In this document: piece after piece, positions 30,780 through 40,217 of the stretch
Layout of the letters: each line of letters opens with the position of its first letter
Numbering within the stretch: position 1 is the stretch's first letter
Assembly: GCA_964631685.1 (NCBI GenBank)
Contig: CAZVZU010000001.1
Location: forward strand, 64,001 to 128,000
Length of the DNA stretch: 64,000 bases
Origin: an uncultured Actinomycetes bacterium
GTDB taxonomy: Bacteria > SZUA-79 > Acidulodesulfobacterales > Acidulodesulfobacteraceae
Direction: 5' to 3'
Program-made: the position numbers and the translations under genes
Notes under the pieces: generated by a model
Seen by the model: only the letters and a program-made list of their open reading frames with translations
Databases searched by the model: none
What the model was told of the DNA's origin: nothing

Positions 30780-31637
30780 ATGGAATATTCAAATATCAAT
30801 TTATCCGATGAAGTGTTTAATAAGTTAAAGGACTTAATTTATGATATTTCAGGCATATATTTTGGAGAACAAAAAAAATATTTAGTCGAAGCGAGGCTTT
30901 CAAGAAGAATTTCCCTATTAAATTTATCTACATTTGAGGATTATTATAATTATTTGAGGTATTCATCTGGGAAACAAGAGGAAATAAAGGAGCTTTTAAA
31001 CAGTATAACGACAAATGAAACTAGTTTTTTTAGAGATTTGCCGCAACTTAATGTTTTCATGGATGTTTTGAAACGGGTCGTCTCGGATATTCCGGCCGGC
31101 CAAAATAGAAGGGTTAGGATCTGGAGTGCGGGGTGTTCTACGGGCGAGGAACCATACACTATGGCTATAATGATAAAAGAAGCACAGCGGAGTTCAAAAT
31201 CCCCCTTTTTAAATATAAAGTTTGATATAATGGGTTCAGATATTAGCGAAAAGGTTTTGCATTCGGCAAAAAGAGGTATATATAATGCCTATACCCTGCG
31301 TAATGCCGGTCAGGATATCGTAGGCAGATACTTTACTCAGATAGATGATGATGTCTTTAGTCTTAATAGTGCAATTAAAAGTATGACTAGTTTTTTAAAC
31401 GTTAACCTTATAAGTACAAAAGAGGTAAAGAATCTGAATATTTTTGATGTTGTCGTCTGTAGGAATGTTATAATCTACTTTGATGATGAGTCGAAAAAAA
31501 AGGTCGTTTCCAACATATATGGAAGTTTAAAAATAGGTGGATATCTTTTTTTGGGACACTCTGAGTCGTTACATTTTGTTTCGACGCCATTAAAGTTGGT
31601 TGGTTTTGGAAAGACACCTCTATATAGGAAGGAATAA
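30780..31637 (+). CDS. cheR: Chemotaxis methyltransferase CheR
   Basis: TTNETSFFR, RIWSAGCSTGEEPYT, CRNVIIYF and GHSESL. Confidence 0.97.
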   Translation: MEYSNINLSDEVFNKLKDLIYDISGIYFGEQKKYLVEARLSRRISLLNLSTFEDYYNYLRYSSGKQEEIKELLNSITTNETSFFRDLPQLNVFMDVLKRVVSDIPAGQNRRVRIWSAGCSTGEEPYTMAIMIKEAQRSSKSPFLNIKFDIMGSDISEKVLHSAKRGIYNAYTLRNAGQDIVGRYFTQIDDDVFSLNSAIKSMTSFLNVNLISTKEVKNLNIFDVVVCRNVIIYFDDESKKKVVSNIYGSLKIGGYLFLGHSESLHFVSTPLKLVGFGKTPLYRKE

Positions 31638-32054
31638 ATGGAGCATAGATCCAGTGAAGCAGGGTGGCGTTTATCGCAATCCCAAGGGTATACCGTGTTA
31701 ATTGCAGATGACTCTGCATTTGTTGTTGAGTTTTTATCAATTTTCTTTCAAAATGCTGGTTTTAAAGTGAAAACTGCTTACGATGGTTATGAGGCACTCG
31801 AAAAGGTTATAAAAGACGATATAGACCTAATTGTTACGGATATAAATTTACCAGAAATGGATGGGGTTACGCTATTGAACAGTGTTAAAAATAATCAAAC
31901 TACCAAAGATATACCCGTTATTCTTATATCTTCCAGTATTTCGAATGAAGCCGAATCGTCTAGGGCTTATGCTTTTTTACAAAAACCGTTTAGTGAAGAA
32001 AAGATAATAGATATTGCGAAAAATGCTATAAAAGATTTTTACGGTAGTCAGTAA
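31638..32054 (+). CDS. Single-domain response regulator (CheY-like)
   Basis: LIADDS, IVTDINLPEMDG, ISS and QKPF. Confidence 0.9.
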   Translation: MEHRSSEAGWRLSQSQGYTVLIADDSAFVVEFLSIFFQNAGFKVKTAYDGYEALEKVIKDDIDLIVTDINLPEMDGVTLLNSVKNNQTTKDIPVILISSSISNEAESSRAYAFLQKPFSEEKIIDIAKNAIKDFYGSQ

Positions 32055-32100
32055 ATAATGAATTTTATAGTCAACTTATAATGCAAAAGGGTGCTTAAAT

Positions 32101-32484
32101 ATGGCTTTAGATTTGTCAATGAAACTTCTTGTGGTAGATGATTTTTCAACTATGAGGAGAATTATTAAAAATATTTTAAAACAAATAGGATTTACAAATG
32201 TGGATGAAGCTGAAAATGGACAAGTTGCTCTATCAAAATTGTTAGATGGCAATTATGATTTTGTTGTATCGGATTGGAATATGCCTGAAATGAGTGGGAT
32301 TGAATTATTAAAAAGTGTCAGAGCGAATGAAAAGATAAAAGATTTACCGTTTTTAATGGTTACCGCAGAGGCAAAAAAGGAAAATGTTGTCGAGGCTGTT
32401 AAAGCGGGGGTTAATAATTATATCGTCAAGCCTTTTACGGCGGAAATTCTTCAAGAAAAGATTTCGAAAATATTTCCGGATTGA
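32101..32484 (+). CDS. cheY: Chemotaxis response regulator CheY
   Basis: [28 protein letters not shown] and YIVKPFT, as in canonical motor-binding CheY. Confidence 0.96.
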   Translation: MALDLSMKLLVVDDFSTMRRIIKNILKQIGFTNVDEAENGQVALSKLLDGNYDFVVSDWNMPEMSGIELLKSVRANEKIKDLPFLMVTAEAKKENVVEAVKAGVNNYIVKPFTAEILQEKISKIFPD

Positions 32485-32517
32485 TTAAACATACTAAGGG
32501 GGAGGGATAGACTATTA

Positions 32518-34515
32518 ATGATAGATGATTCAATGAAAGAAATAGTCGATGATTTTGTCCAGGAGGCATTAGAATTACTTGAGAGCCTTAATGAAAATTT
32601 TGTTGAGCTCGAGAAGGATCCCGAAAACAAAGAACTATTAAATACTATTTTTAGAGCGGCACATACAATAAAGGGTTCAGCCGGGTTTTTGGGTTTTCAG
32701 AATATTGTCGAGTTAGCTCATAGCGCGGAAAATATTTTAAATAGACTTAGGCAAGGTGAAATTAAACTTACCTCAGATATGATGGACTATTTGCTAAAGG
32801 CGATAGACGCATTAAAGGTTATGATTGTGGCCGTGTCTGAAACGGGAACGGAAGGCGATGCATTGTCGGAGAATGAAGTACTTATTAAACAACTCAACGA
32901 TACGGCGGAAGGCAAAGTATTACAGAAAGAGGAGCCGAAAGATAATACAGATAAAACTGTAGATGCTAAAACCGATGCTAATATGGAAATAGAAAGCCGG
33001 TCGGATACATCTCAAGGTTCTGTAAAAACAGATAAAAAAAGAGTAAGGAACCTTGGCGATATATTGCTAGAGGACAACCTTATTTCTAAGGAAGAATTGG
33101 AGCAAATTTACAAAGAGAAAGAGGAAGAGGAACGTAAACAGTCTAAGCAAGAAGACAAGCCACCACAAGAAGACAAGCCACCACAAGAAGACAAGCAAGA
33201 AGTAAGGCCACCGGCTTCTCCTCCACAAGAACCAAAGAACTTACATCAATTGCATCAAATGCCAGAAGTAAAAGAGACTACTATTAGGGTTAATATTAAT
33301 AGACTTGATAACGTTATGAATCTTGTCGGAGAACTTGTTCTTGCAAGAAATAGGCTATTTAACATTTCCTCCAAATTAGAGGTTAAATACGAAAGTGACG
33401 ACCTTGCATCTGCATTGACCCAGGTTGTGTCTAACTTAAATCTTGTTACCACCGATCTTCAGCTTGCGGTTATGAAAACAAGAATGCAACCGGTTAAAAA
33501 GGTGTTCGGCAAATTTCCAAGGATGGTGAGAGACCTTTCAAGGGAAATGGGTAAAGAAATCGAACTGCAAATATATGGCGAAGAAACAGAGTTAGATAAA
33601 TCGGTCATAGAAGAGATAGGAGATCCACTCGTTCATTTGATAAGAAATAGCGTTGATCACGGGGTAGAAACCAAAGAAGATAGAGTAAAGGCAGGCAAAA
33701 ATGCAACAGGGACGATCAAGCTAAGTGCCGAACACGAAGGAAACTATATTGTAATAAGTGTTTCTGATGACGGAAAAGGCATGGATCCCGATATTTTAAA
33801 AAAGAAAGCCGTGGAAAAAGGGGTGATAGATGATAAAACAGCAATGAATCTTTCTGACAAGGATGCCCTGAGTTTAATTTTTACACCTGGTTTTAGCACT
33901 AAAGACAAGGCTACCGAGATTTCAGGAAGGGGTGTGGGAATGGATGTGGTCAAAACAAATATACAAAAAATAAACGGTATTATAGAGATAGAATCTCAAA
34001 TTGGACAAGGCTCGGCGGTGATATTAAAACTTCCATTAACTGTTGCAATAATTCAGACTCTTATTGTCGGCGCGGGTACTGGCGTATTTGCTGTTCCTCT
34101 TAGCTCGGTTGTTGAAACATTAAGGATAGCCGAGTCGTCCATACAGACAATTGATAGGCATGAGGTGATAAATCTAAGGAAGTCAGTTTTATCCTTGCTT
34201 AGGCTTAGGGAAGAATTTGGTATAGAAAATTCAGAGGATGGTGATTTAGATTCTTCTGCGTATAAGCCGGGTGATTTACGCGAGGATTCAATACCATCGG
34301 AAAAAGAAGTTTACGTTGTCGTGGTTGCCCTGGCAGAAAAGAAAATAGGCATAATGGTTGATGAGTTGTATGGACAAGAAGAGGTTGTAATTAAATCGCT
34401 AGGCGATTATAAATTAGGGTACGATGGTATTTCGGGTGCGACAATCACTGGCGACGGGAAGGTTGTTCTTATCATAGATGTGGCTTCTATGATAGAATCT
34501 GTCAAAGTAAGATAA
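32518..34515 (+). CDS. cheA: Chemotaxis histidine kinase CheA
   Basis: Hpt IFRAAHTIKG, dimer domain TIRV..LDNVMNLVGEL, HLIRNSVDHG, SGRGVGMDVV and a C-terminal CheW domain. Confidence 0.98.
   Translation: MIDDSMKEIVDDFVQEALELLESLNENFVELEKDPENKELLNTIFRAAHTIKGSAGFLGFQNIVELAHSAENILNRLRQGEIKLTSDMMDYLLKAIDALKVMIVAVSETGTEGDALSENEVLIKQLNDTAEGKVLQKEEPKDNTDKTVDAKTDANMEIESRSDTSQGSVKTDKKRVRNLGDILLEDNLISKEELEQIYKEKEEEERKQSKQEDKPPQEDKPPQEDKQEVRPPASPPQEPKNLHQLHQMPEVKETTIRVNINRLDNVMNLVGELVLARNRLFNISSKLEVKYESDDLASALTQVVSNLNLVTTDLQLAVMKTRMQPVKKVFGKFPRMVRDLSREMGKEIELQIYGEETELDKSVIEEIGDPLVHLIRNSVDHGVETKEDRVKAGKNATGTIKLSAEHEGNYIVISVSDDGKGMDPDILKKKAVEKGVIDDKTAMNLSDKDALSLIFTPGFSTKDKATEISGRGVGMDVVKTNIQKINGIIEIESQIGQGSAVILKLPLTVAIIQTLIVGAGTGVFAVPLSSVVETLRIAESSIQTIDRHEVINLRKSVLSLLRLREEFGIENSEDGDLDSSAYKPGDLREDSIPSEKEVYVVVVALAEKKIGIMVDELYGQEEVVIKSLGDYKLGYDGISGATITGDGKVVLIIDVASMIESVKVR
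33148..33196 (+). repeat. 18-bp in-frame tandem repeat in the cheA linker (QEDKPP x2 plus a partial copy)
   Basis: caagaagacaagccacca twice, then caagaagacaagc. Confidence 0.85.
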
Positions 34516-34540
34516 AACAATGATAAGGAGCGTTTGATTT

Positions 34541-35599
34541 ATGAGTGAAGAAAAACGGGTTTTAATAGTCGATGATTCTGCATTTATGAGAAGGGCGATA
34601 GCATCTCTTTTAGAAGGAGAGAGTGATATAAAAGTTGCAGGATTTGCCAAGGATGGAGAGGATGCACTTAGACAAATTCAAGATTTAAAGCCTGACATTG
34701 TTACGATGGACATAGAAATGCCTAAGATGGACGGATTAACGGCCCTTAAAATTATTATGGATAAATTTCCTCTTCCTGTGATAATGCTCAGCTCCCTCAC
34801 TAATGAAGGAGCCAAGGCCACATTGGATGCTCTTGATCTGGGGGCGGCGGACTACATTCCTAAGAGTCTTTCCAACGTATCGTTGAATATATTAAAGATA
34901 AAAGATGATCTCGTTGCCAAGGTTAGAGCTGTTACGGCAAAAAAATATATTTTTCATGCATCTCACGATAGCAGTGAATTTTCGCAGACAAAAATATTTA
35001 AAAAAGGTTCATGGAATAAAAAAATTGATATAGTAGCGATAGGCTCCTCAACAGGTGGTCCAAGGGCGCTCCAAGATATTATACCTAACATTCCTGAAGA
35101 TTTTCCCGTTCCGATAATTTTAATCCAGCATATGCCAAAAGCATTCACGGGACCCTTTGCCGAAAGATTAACCGCTATTTCTCACATTAAAGTTGTTGAG
35201 ACCTCCGGAGGTGAAATAATTAAAGGCGGGACGGCTTATCTATCGCCAGGTGACAAACATCTTACCTTAAAAAAAATCGGTGCCGGTGAAGTCACGATAT
35301 CCCTTTCAGATGAGCCAACGGATTTAATAAATAGACCTTCTGTAAGTGTTATGATGGAATCTGCGGCATATGTACATCCGGGAAGTACATTGGGTGTTAT
35401 ATTAACAGGAATGGGTTCGGACGGCTTGTCGGGCATGAAAAGTATTAAGAAATCCGGCGGAAAAACCATTGCGCAGAATGAAGCTACTTGTGTTGTCTAT
35501 GGTATGCCAAAGGCTATAGTCGATGAGGGCTTGGCAGATATTGTCCTTCCCGTATATAAAATATGCGATGAAATTATTAGGGAAGTTATTTTACCGTAA
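34541..35599 (+). CDS. cheB: Chemotaxis methylesterase CheB (REC plus esterase)
   Basis: REC domain, then the GSSTGGP, QHMP and LTGMGSDG catalytic motifs. Confidence 0.97.
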   Translation: MSEEKRVLIVDDSAFMRRAIASLLEGESDIKVAGFAKDGEDALRQIQDLKPDIVTMDIEMPKMDGLTALKIIMDKFPLPVIMLSSLTNEGAKATLDALDLGAADYIPKSLSNVSLNILKIKDDLVAKVRAVTAKKYIFHASHDSSEFSQTKIFKKGSWNKKIDIVAIGSSTGGPRALQDIIPNIPEDFPVPIILIQHMPKAFTGPFAERLTAISHIKVVETSGGEIIKGGTAYLSPGDKHLTLKKIGAGEVTISLSDEPTDLINRPSVSVMMESAAYVHPGSTLGVILTGMGSDGLSGMKSIKKSGGKTIAQNEATCVVYGMPKAIVDEGLADIVLPVYKICDEIIREVILP

Positions 35600-35655
35600 T
35601 AGTAAGAACATCTTGATCATGCGTAATTATAATTTTATTAATTGGAGGAAGGTTT

Positions 35656-36171
35656 ATGGATGTTGTTAATCAAGCAAACAATCAAATAGATAAAAAAGAA
35701 AATAATGCCAAATCAGGAGAAGTGGTTCAGCTCGTTACCTTCCGTATGGGAAATGAGGAGTTTGCTCTTGATATTTTAAAGGTTCAGGAGATCAATAGAA
35801 TTGTTGATATAACGGGCGTCCCTAAGGCTCCAGACTTTGTGAAGGGTGTTATTAATTTAAGGGGCAGGGTGATTCCTGTAGTAGATATAAGAAAAAAATT
35901 TCACCTTAAGATAAAAGCAGTAACAAAAGAGACTAGAATTATCGTTGTAAATATTATGAGTAAAACTATAGGTCTTATTGTTGATTCTGTTTCGGAGGTA
36001 TTAAGGATAGATTCTAATACCATACAGCCGCCACCTCCGTTAATTGCAGGTCTTGATTCCGACTATATAAAGGGTGTCGGTAAATTAGACGATAGGCTTA
36101 TAATACTCTTAGACATAGATAAAATATTTACAACGGGGGAACATAGGCTTATAGAAGGTATGGTAAATTAG
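35656..36171 (+). CDS. cheW: Chemotaxis coupling protein CheW
   Basis: VQEI, VPKAP..GVINLRGRVIPVVD and GLIVDSVSEV. Confidence 0.97.
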   Translation: MDVVNQANNQIDKKENNAKSGEVVQLVTFRMGNEEFALDILKVQEINRIVDITGVPKAPDFVKGVINLRGRVIPVVDIRKKFHLKIKAVTKETRIIVVNIMSKTIGLIVDSVSEVLRIDSNTIQPPPPLIAGLDSDYIKGVGKLDDRLIILLDIDKIFTTGEHRLIEGMVN

Positions 36172-36206
36172 TATCGTGTTAATATAATTTAAAATTTTAC
36201 TACATT

Positions 36207-36998
36207 ATGGAAGGCAGAAAGACCCCGTATATTTTTGCTACGGCAAATCAAAAAGGAGGCGTAGGAAAAACAACAACTGCAATAACTCTAGGTAGTTCCT
36301 TATCGCTTTTTGGTTACAGGGTGCTCTTAATAGACCTTGATCCTCAAGCCAGTCTTACCAATCACTTAGCTGTAGAACCGGAAAAACTCGAATATTCTGT
36401 CAGTAATGTAATAGTGTCTCAATCTTTTGTGCCCGACGATGTTATCATAAATAAATATAGGTTAAAGACAGGTGGGTGTATTGATTTAATACCATCCAAT
36501 ATTAATCTTGCAAGAATTGAAGCAGAACTTTCGGTTTTGAAGGGCGGCGGACTAAGGTTAAAAGAAAAATTAAAGTTTTTGCCGGATGATTACGATTACA
36601 TAGTAATAGACTCGTCTCCTGCGTTGAGCGTTCTTCTTATTAGTGCTATTGCGGCGAGCGATGAGGTTATTATTCCCGTTATGTCCGATTTTTTATCGGC
36701 GAGGGGGGTTGAGTTACTGCTTGCGACTATTGAAAAGATTGAAACGGCGATAAATATAAAGTGTAAGTATAAGCTTTTGATTACTATGTTTGATAGGAGG
36801 ACCAATTCATCTTGGAAGTCCTTGGATTATTTTAAAAATAAGTACCAGAGTCGTCATTTTAATAGTATAATTAATATAGATACAAAATTTAGAGATGCAA
36901 GCTTAATGAGGAAGCCTCTAACGTATATGGATGCAAATGCCAGAGGGGCTTTGGATTATGTTAATGTGGCAAAAGAAATAATAGATGGACGTAAATGA
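36207..36998 (+). CDS. ParA/Soj-family ATPase (ParC-like, chemotaxis array positioning)
   Basis: NQKGGVGKTTT, DLDPQASLT and DTKFRDAS. Located inside the che operon. Confidence 0.88.
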   Translation: MEGRKTPYIFATANQKGGVGKTTTAITLGSSLSLFGYRVLLIDLDPQASLTNHLAVEPEKLEYSVSNVIVSQSFVPDDVIINKYRLKTGGCIDLIPSNINLARIEAELSVLKGGGLRLKEKLKFLPDDYDYIVIDSSPALSVLLISAIAASDEVIIPVMSDFLSARGVELLLATIEKIETAINIKCKYKLLITMFDRRTNSSWKSLDYFKNKYQSRHFNSIINIDTKFRDASLMRKPLTYMDANARGALDYVNVAKEIIDGRK

Positions 36999-37039
36999 TA
37001 ATAGTAAATTTAATAGGGAAAGCAGGGAGGTAAGGGAAA

Positions 37040-37777
37040 GTGGATAATATTGCAGCGCCACGCGGCACAGAAGGATTTAGATCTGACGGTTTGGATTTGG
37101 TAACTTCATGGGTCGGAAATCTTTTGAGTTCAAGTGAGGAAGATGGCAAAGAAAAATCGTCCATAGACACAGTCAAACCTGTTTCATTAAATTCCCAAAA
37201 AGAATCGGCACAGATTATCGCTTATCCTATTGACAGAATATTATCCCATGGAAAGGCCGATGCTGTCATTGTGAGTCCTGAAGAGTTTTGTTTAGAAGAG
37301 GTAAAAAAACGGGATATCCTTCCTATAATAAAGATTGATCCGAACAAGAAGTCGTCGTATTTTACGTTCACTTCGGGTGTTTCTTTTTACGGTCTGCCGG
37401 TCGAAAACATAAATGAAATAATAAGATATCAAGAACCTGTTAATATTTCTTCAAAAAAAGCTGGACTTTTAGGGTTGCTCCATTATAGGACAAGGATTAT
37501 ACCTATTTATAATTTTTCATCTATAGTAGCTGCTCCTATAGAGTCAAAGACTGTTTTTAAGTTTATTATCGTTTGTATCTACGAGAATAAGATGTTTGGT
37601 TTAGCTGTTAGGAACATTAAAAATATAATGAAAATTAAAAACAAAAATCTTATTGCGTCTGCCACATTTAGATTTTGGGGTTCTAATGCGATATGCTCTG
37701 ATGTTTTTGAAGATGAAGCCGAAAGATTTTACTCAGTGGTTGATGTAAAAAGCGTTTATGACTATTTAAAAACATGA
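37040..37777 (+). CDS. Divergent CheW-domain protein with N-terminal extension (ParP-like)
   Basis: C-terminal YGLPVENINEII, GLLHYRTRIIPIY and FGLAV resemble CheW. Directly follows parA. Start uncertain. Confidence 0.7.
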   Translation: MDNIAAPRGTEGFRSDGLDLVTSWVGNLLSSSEEDGKEKSSIDTVKPVSLNSQKESAQIIAYPIDRILSHGKADAVIVSPEEFCLEEVKKRDILPIIKIDPNKKSSYFTFTSGVSFYGLPVENINEIIRYQEPVNISSKKAGLLGLLHYRTRIIPIYNFSSIVAAPIESKTVFKFIIVCIYENKMFGLAVRNIKNIMKIKNKNLIASATFRFWGSNAICSDVFEDEAERFYSVVDVKSVYDYLKT

Positions 37778-38058
37778 TAGATTTAGTCGAACTTCAGCAG
37801 ATTATTTCCAATTTGCCTTCTATCGAAAAGGTTGCGTCTACGCCTCAAGCTTTGGCTGTTAATTTGAATAACATAGCGCAAAAGGAGATGAAGGATGACG
37901 ATACCAAAAAGCTGAGTACTGTCGTTGAGTTAAGCGAGGTGTTGGAACCTATTAATGACAAAAATAAAAATTCAAAGAACAAAGAGAAGTCTTCACCTGA
38001 GTCTGATACGGAAGAGTCGGATAACGAAGGCGTTCCGCATATCAATATAACTGCATGA
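37774..38058 (+). CDS. Small acidic hypothetical protein
   Basis: 94 aa ORF with an ATGA overlap with the upstream gene. No motif recognised. Confidence 0.6.
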   Translation: MIDLVELQQIISNLPSIEKVASTPQALAVNLNNIAQKEMKDDDTKKLSTVVELSEVLEPINDKNKNSKNKEKSSPESDTEESDNEGVPHINITA

Positions 38059-38065
38059 GCATGTA

Positions 38066-38938
38066 ATGATTGACAATCCTACTATTTTCTCCGACAACGT
38101 TCAATCTACCGCGCAGTTTAAAGCTTTGGATGGTAAAATAATATCTCTTGATGAGAACGTCGGGCTTTTTTTGAAACTAATGGATTCCGGAAAGATTATT
38201 GAGGTGCGGTTAATAGATGTCAATGACAGTTTTTCCGGGGTATTTAGTTTTAACGGCAAATTGTTTAATGCCCAGATTCCTAAAGATTTGTACGACGAAT
38301 TTGTTTTAAGTTCAACGACCGGCGATAATTTAGGTATAACAGTAAAGTTACAATTGAGTGGTGTTAGGGATAATGAGGTAACCCTTAAGATTATAAACGA
38401 CATAAGTAACGAAAATATTAAAAAAGCTGTAGAATTATATAATTTAGCCTATTCCGATGATGTAGCGGGACGTTTTAGATCTGCCCTAAATGGAGAGTTT
38501 ACCCTTAATACCGGAGGTATAAATGTATCGGTTAAAGGGAATTTTTTATTCATTCACTTCAACTTCAATATAGGGTTGGGAAATTTTAACATTGTTTTAA
38601 CTGCAAATCCCATGTATCATGGCGAGATTTGGAATGATGAGAGCTCCGGAAAAAAAATAGGCAAAAAAATGACGAGGTATTCATTTATGATAGAGGTAGA
38701 ATTTGAGTCACTTGGTTATATTAAATTGTTTTCTTATTACATTAATCGCACATTATCCGTTAATTTTAAAAATTGTTCTAAGATTGCGCACGATGCAATA
38801 AGAAATAATCTTTCGATGCTTAAGGATATGTTATCGTCAGAGGGGATAGCACTTAAAGAAATAGTATTCAGCGCTGAAGATAAAGACGTACATAACAATG
38901 ATTTATTTAACAATAATATAATAAATGAAAGGATATAA
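38066..38938 (+). CDS. Hypothetical protein with FliK-like C-terminal domain
   Basis: C-terminal IEVEFESLGYIK...LSVNF...IRNNLSMLKDML resembles FliK_C. Overlaps the FlhB-C gene. Confidence 0.55.
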   Translation: MIDNPTIFSDNVQSTAQFKALDGKIISLDENVGLFLKLMDSGKIIEVRLIDVNDSFSGVFSFNGKLFNAQIPKDLYDEFVLSSTTGDNLGITVKLQLSGVRDNEVTLKIINDISNENIKKAVELYNLAYSDDVAGRFRSALNGEFTLNTGGINVSVKGNFLFIHFNFNIGLGNFNIVLTANPMYHGEIWNDESSGKKIGKKMTRYSFMIEVEFESLGYIKLFSYYINRTLSVNFKNCSKIAHDAIRNNLSMLKDMLSSEGIALKEIVFSAEDKDVHNNDLFNNNIINERI

Positions 38939-39200
38939 AAATCTTAAGGCTTCGGCTTTAAGATATAACAAAAAAGAGGAAGACGCCCCCGTCGTGGTTG
39001 CAAAGGGCAAGGGTAAGGTTGCTGAAAAGATAATAGCAATAGCAAATAAAGAGAATATTCCCGTGATAGAAGACAAAGCCCTCGCCGATGTATTGGATAT
39101 GCTTGATATATATGAGGAGATTCCGTCGGAACTTTATAAAGTCTTTGCACAATTATTTGCATTTATTTATAAAGTTAATGAAAAATATCGAAAAGCTTAA
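38925..39200 (+). CDS. Stand-alone FlhB C-terminal-like protein (EscU/YscU family, FlhX/YlqH type)
   Basis: ASALRY..APVVVAKGKG.VAEKII.IA...IP..ED..LA and EEIPSELYKVFAQL. Confidence 0.9.
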   Translation: MKGYKNLKASALRYNKKEEDAPVVVAKGKGKVAEKIIAIANKENIPVIEDKALADVLDMLDIYEEIPSELYKVFAQLFAFIYKVNEKYRKA

Positions 39201-39202
39201 AA

Positions 39203-39919
39203 TTAAAGCCCTCTCATTGCCGCTACGATTTCTCGTTGCCTTTTAAATATATACCTGAACATTATATCTTGCTCTTTTGGTTTAAGATTAATTATTTGTG
39301 CGCCTATTTTATATTTAAGATTGTCGAGTCTCGCCAAGGATCTTATTTCTATTTTAACGGTGATTACCGGAAGGTTACCAGGAAATTCAAGCTTTACCCC
39401 TGTTATCACTGTATGTTTTTTTATTTTGAAATCCAATAGGAATGAAATTCCTTCGCCTGCAATGTCGAACACATGAGCGTCAAAATATTGATCATGCAAC
39501 AAGAAACCCAATTTTACCGGTTCATTTAACGATGGTTCTGTTCTGAAATACTTTCTTTTTTCTACCGATAATATCTCTATAGGTTTATAGATATCAAAAG
39601 CGATGTAATCCTGCTTTCTCTTGAAGTTTTGAAGTTTTGATAAAAAAAAGTGATCGTTATTTTTGAATTTAAAACCTATTTTAAGATATGAAGACCCGAT
39701 GATATCTAAGTTGCCGCTTTGAGGAATAAGGGAGTCAATGATTATATAATCATTGGTTATTCTTACTATATTGCTTGAATACTCGTTATTGGATGGTACG
39801 GGATATATTATAAGATTCCTTTTCATATTACGAAATCCCTTGAGAATATTATCTATCTCCGTTTTTTTAGAGTAGATATTTATATCCGGATTTCTTTTTA
39901 ATTTTTTAACGTCGAACAT
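39203..39919 (-). CDS. YcgR-like flagellar brake, PilZ-domain c-di-GMP receptor
   Basis: N-terminal YcgR-like barrel, RxxxR motif (EKRKYFR), DIAGEG and C-terminal RYIFKRQRE. Confidence 0.85.
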   Translation of the reverse strand: MFDVKKLKRNPDINIYSKKTEIDNILKGFRNMKRNLIIYPVPSNNEYSSNIVRITNDYIIIDSLIPQSGNLDIIGSSYLKIGFKFKNNDHFFLSKLQNFKRKQDYIAFDIYKPIEILSVEKRKYFRTEPSLNEPVKLGFLLHDQYFDAHVFDIAGEGISFLLDFKIKKHTVITGVKLEFPGNLPVITVKIEIRSLARLDNLKYKIGAQIINLKPKEQDIMFRYIFKRQREIVAAMRGL

Positions 39920-40042
39920 AGAATTATTGTCTTGTTTGTTATCTATTAAGTATTGAGACTTGTAGATTATAAATCAATTTTTTGTTTAATATCAATATTT
40001 TTTTTGTTTTAGAGGTATATTTTTCCTTTTATTTAAGAATAA

Positions 40043-40055
40043 GGAAATTTTTTCC
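40043..40055. promoter_or_regulatory. Imperfect palindrome GGAAATTTTTTCC, candidate activator site upstream of the flgF sigma54 promoter
   Basis: Exact reverse complement of GGAAAAAATTTCC at 12528-12540, which lies next to the flgD promoter. Confidence 0.45.
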
Positions 40056-40143
40056 TATCAAATTTTAAAGTTGAAGAGTGAATGACTCGGATAAAAGTCA
40101 ATACAGGGAAACTAATGCCTGTATCTGTGTATTTTAATCATTT

Positions 40144-40158
40144 TGGCATATTTTTTGC
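40144..40158 (+). promoter_or_regulatory. Sigma54 promoter for flgFGAHI
   Basis: TGGCATATTTTTTGC about 60 bp upstream of flgF. Confidence 0.8.
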
Positions 40159-40217
40159 TGAGTTACATATATATAGTTATATTATAACAAAAATTTATAT
40201 GAGGATAAAAAGTCAAT

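Noticed and set aside
36207..36998. Plasmid or chromosome partition system
   Set aside because: No parB or parS is visible, and the gene is embedded in the che operon.
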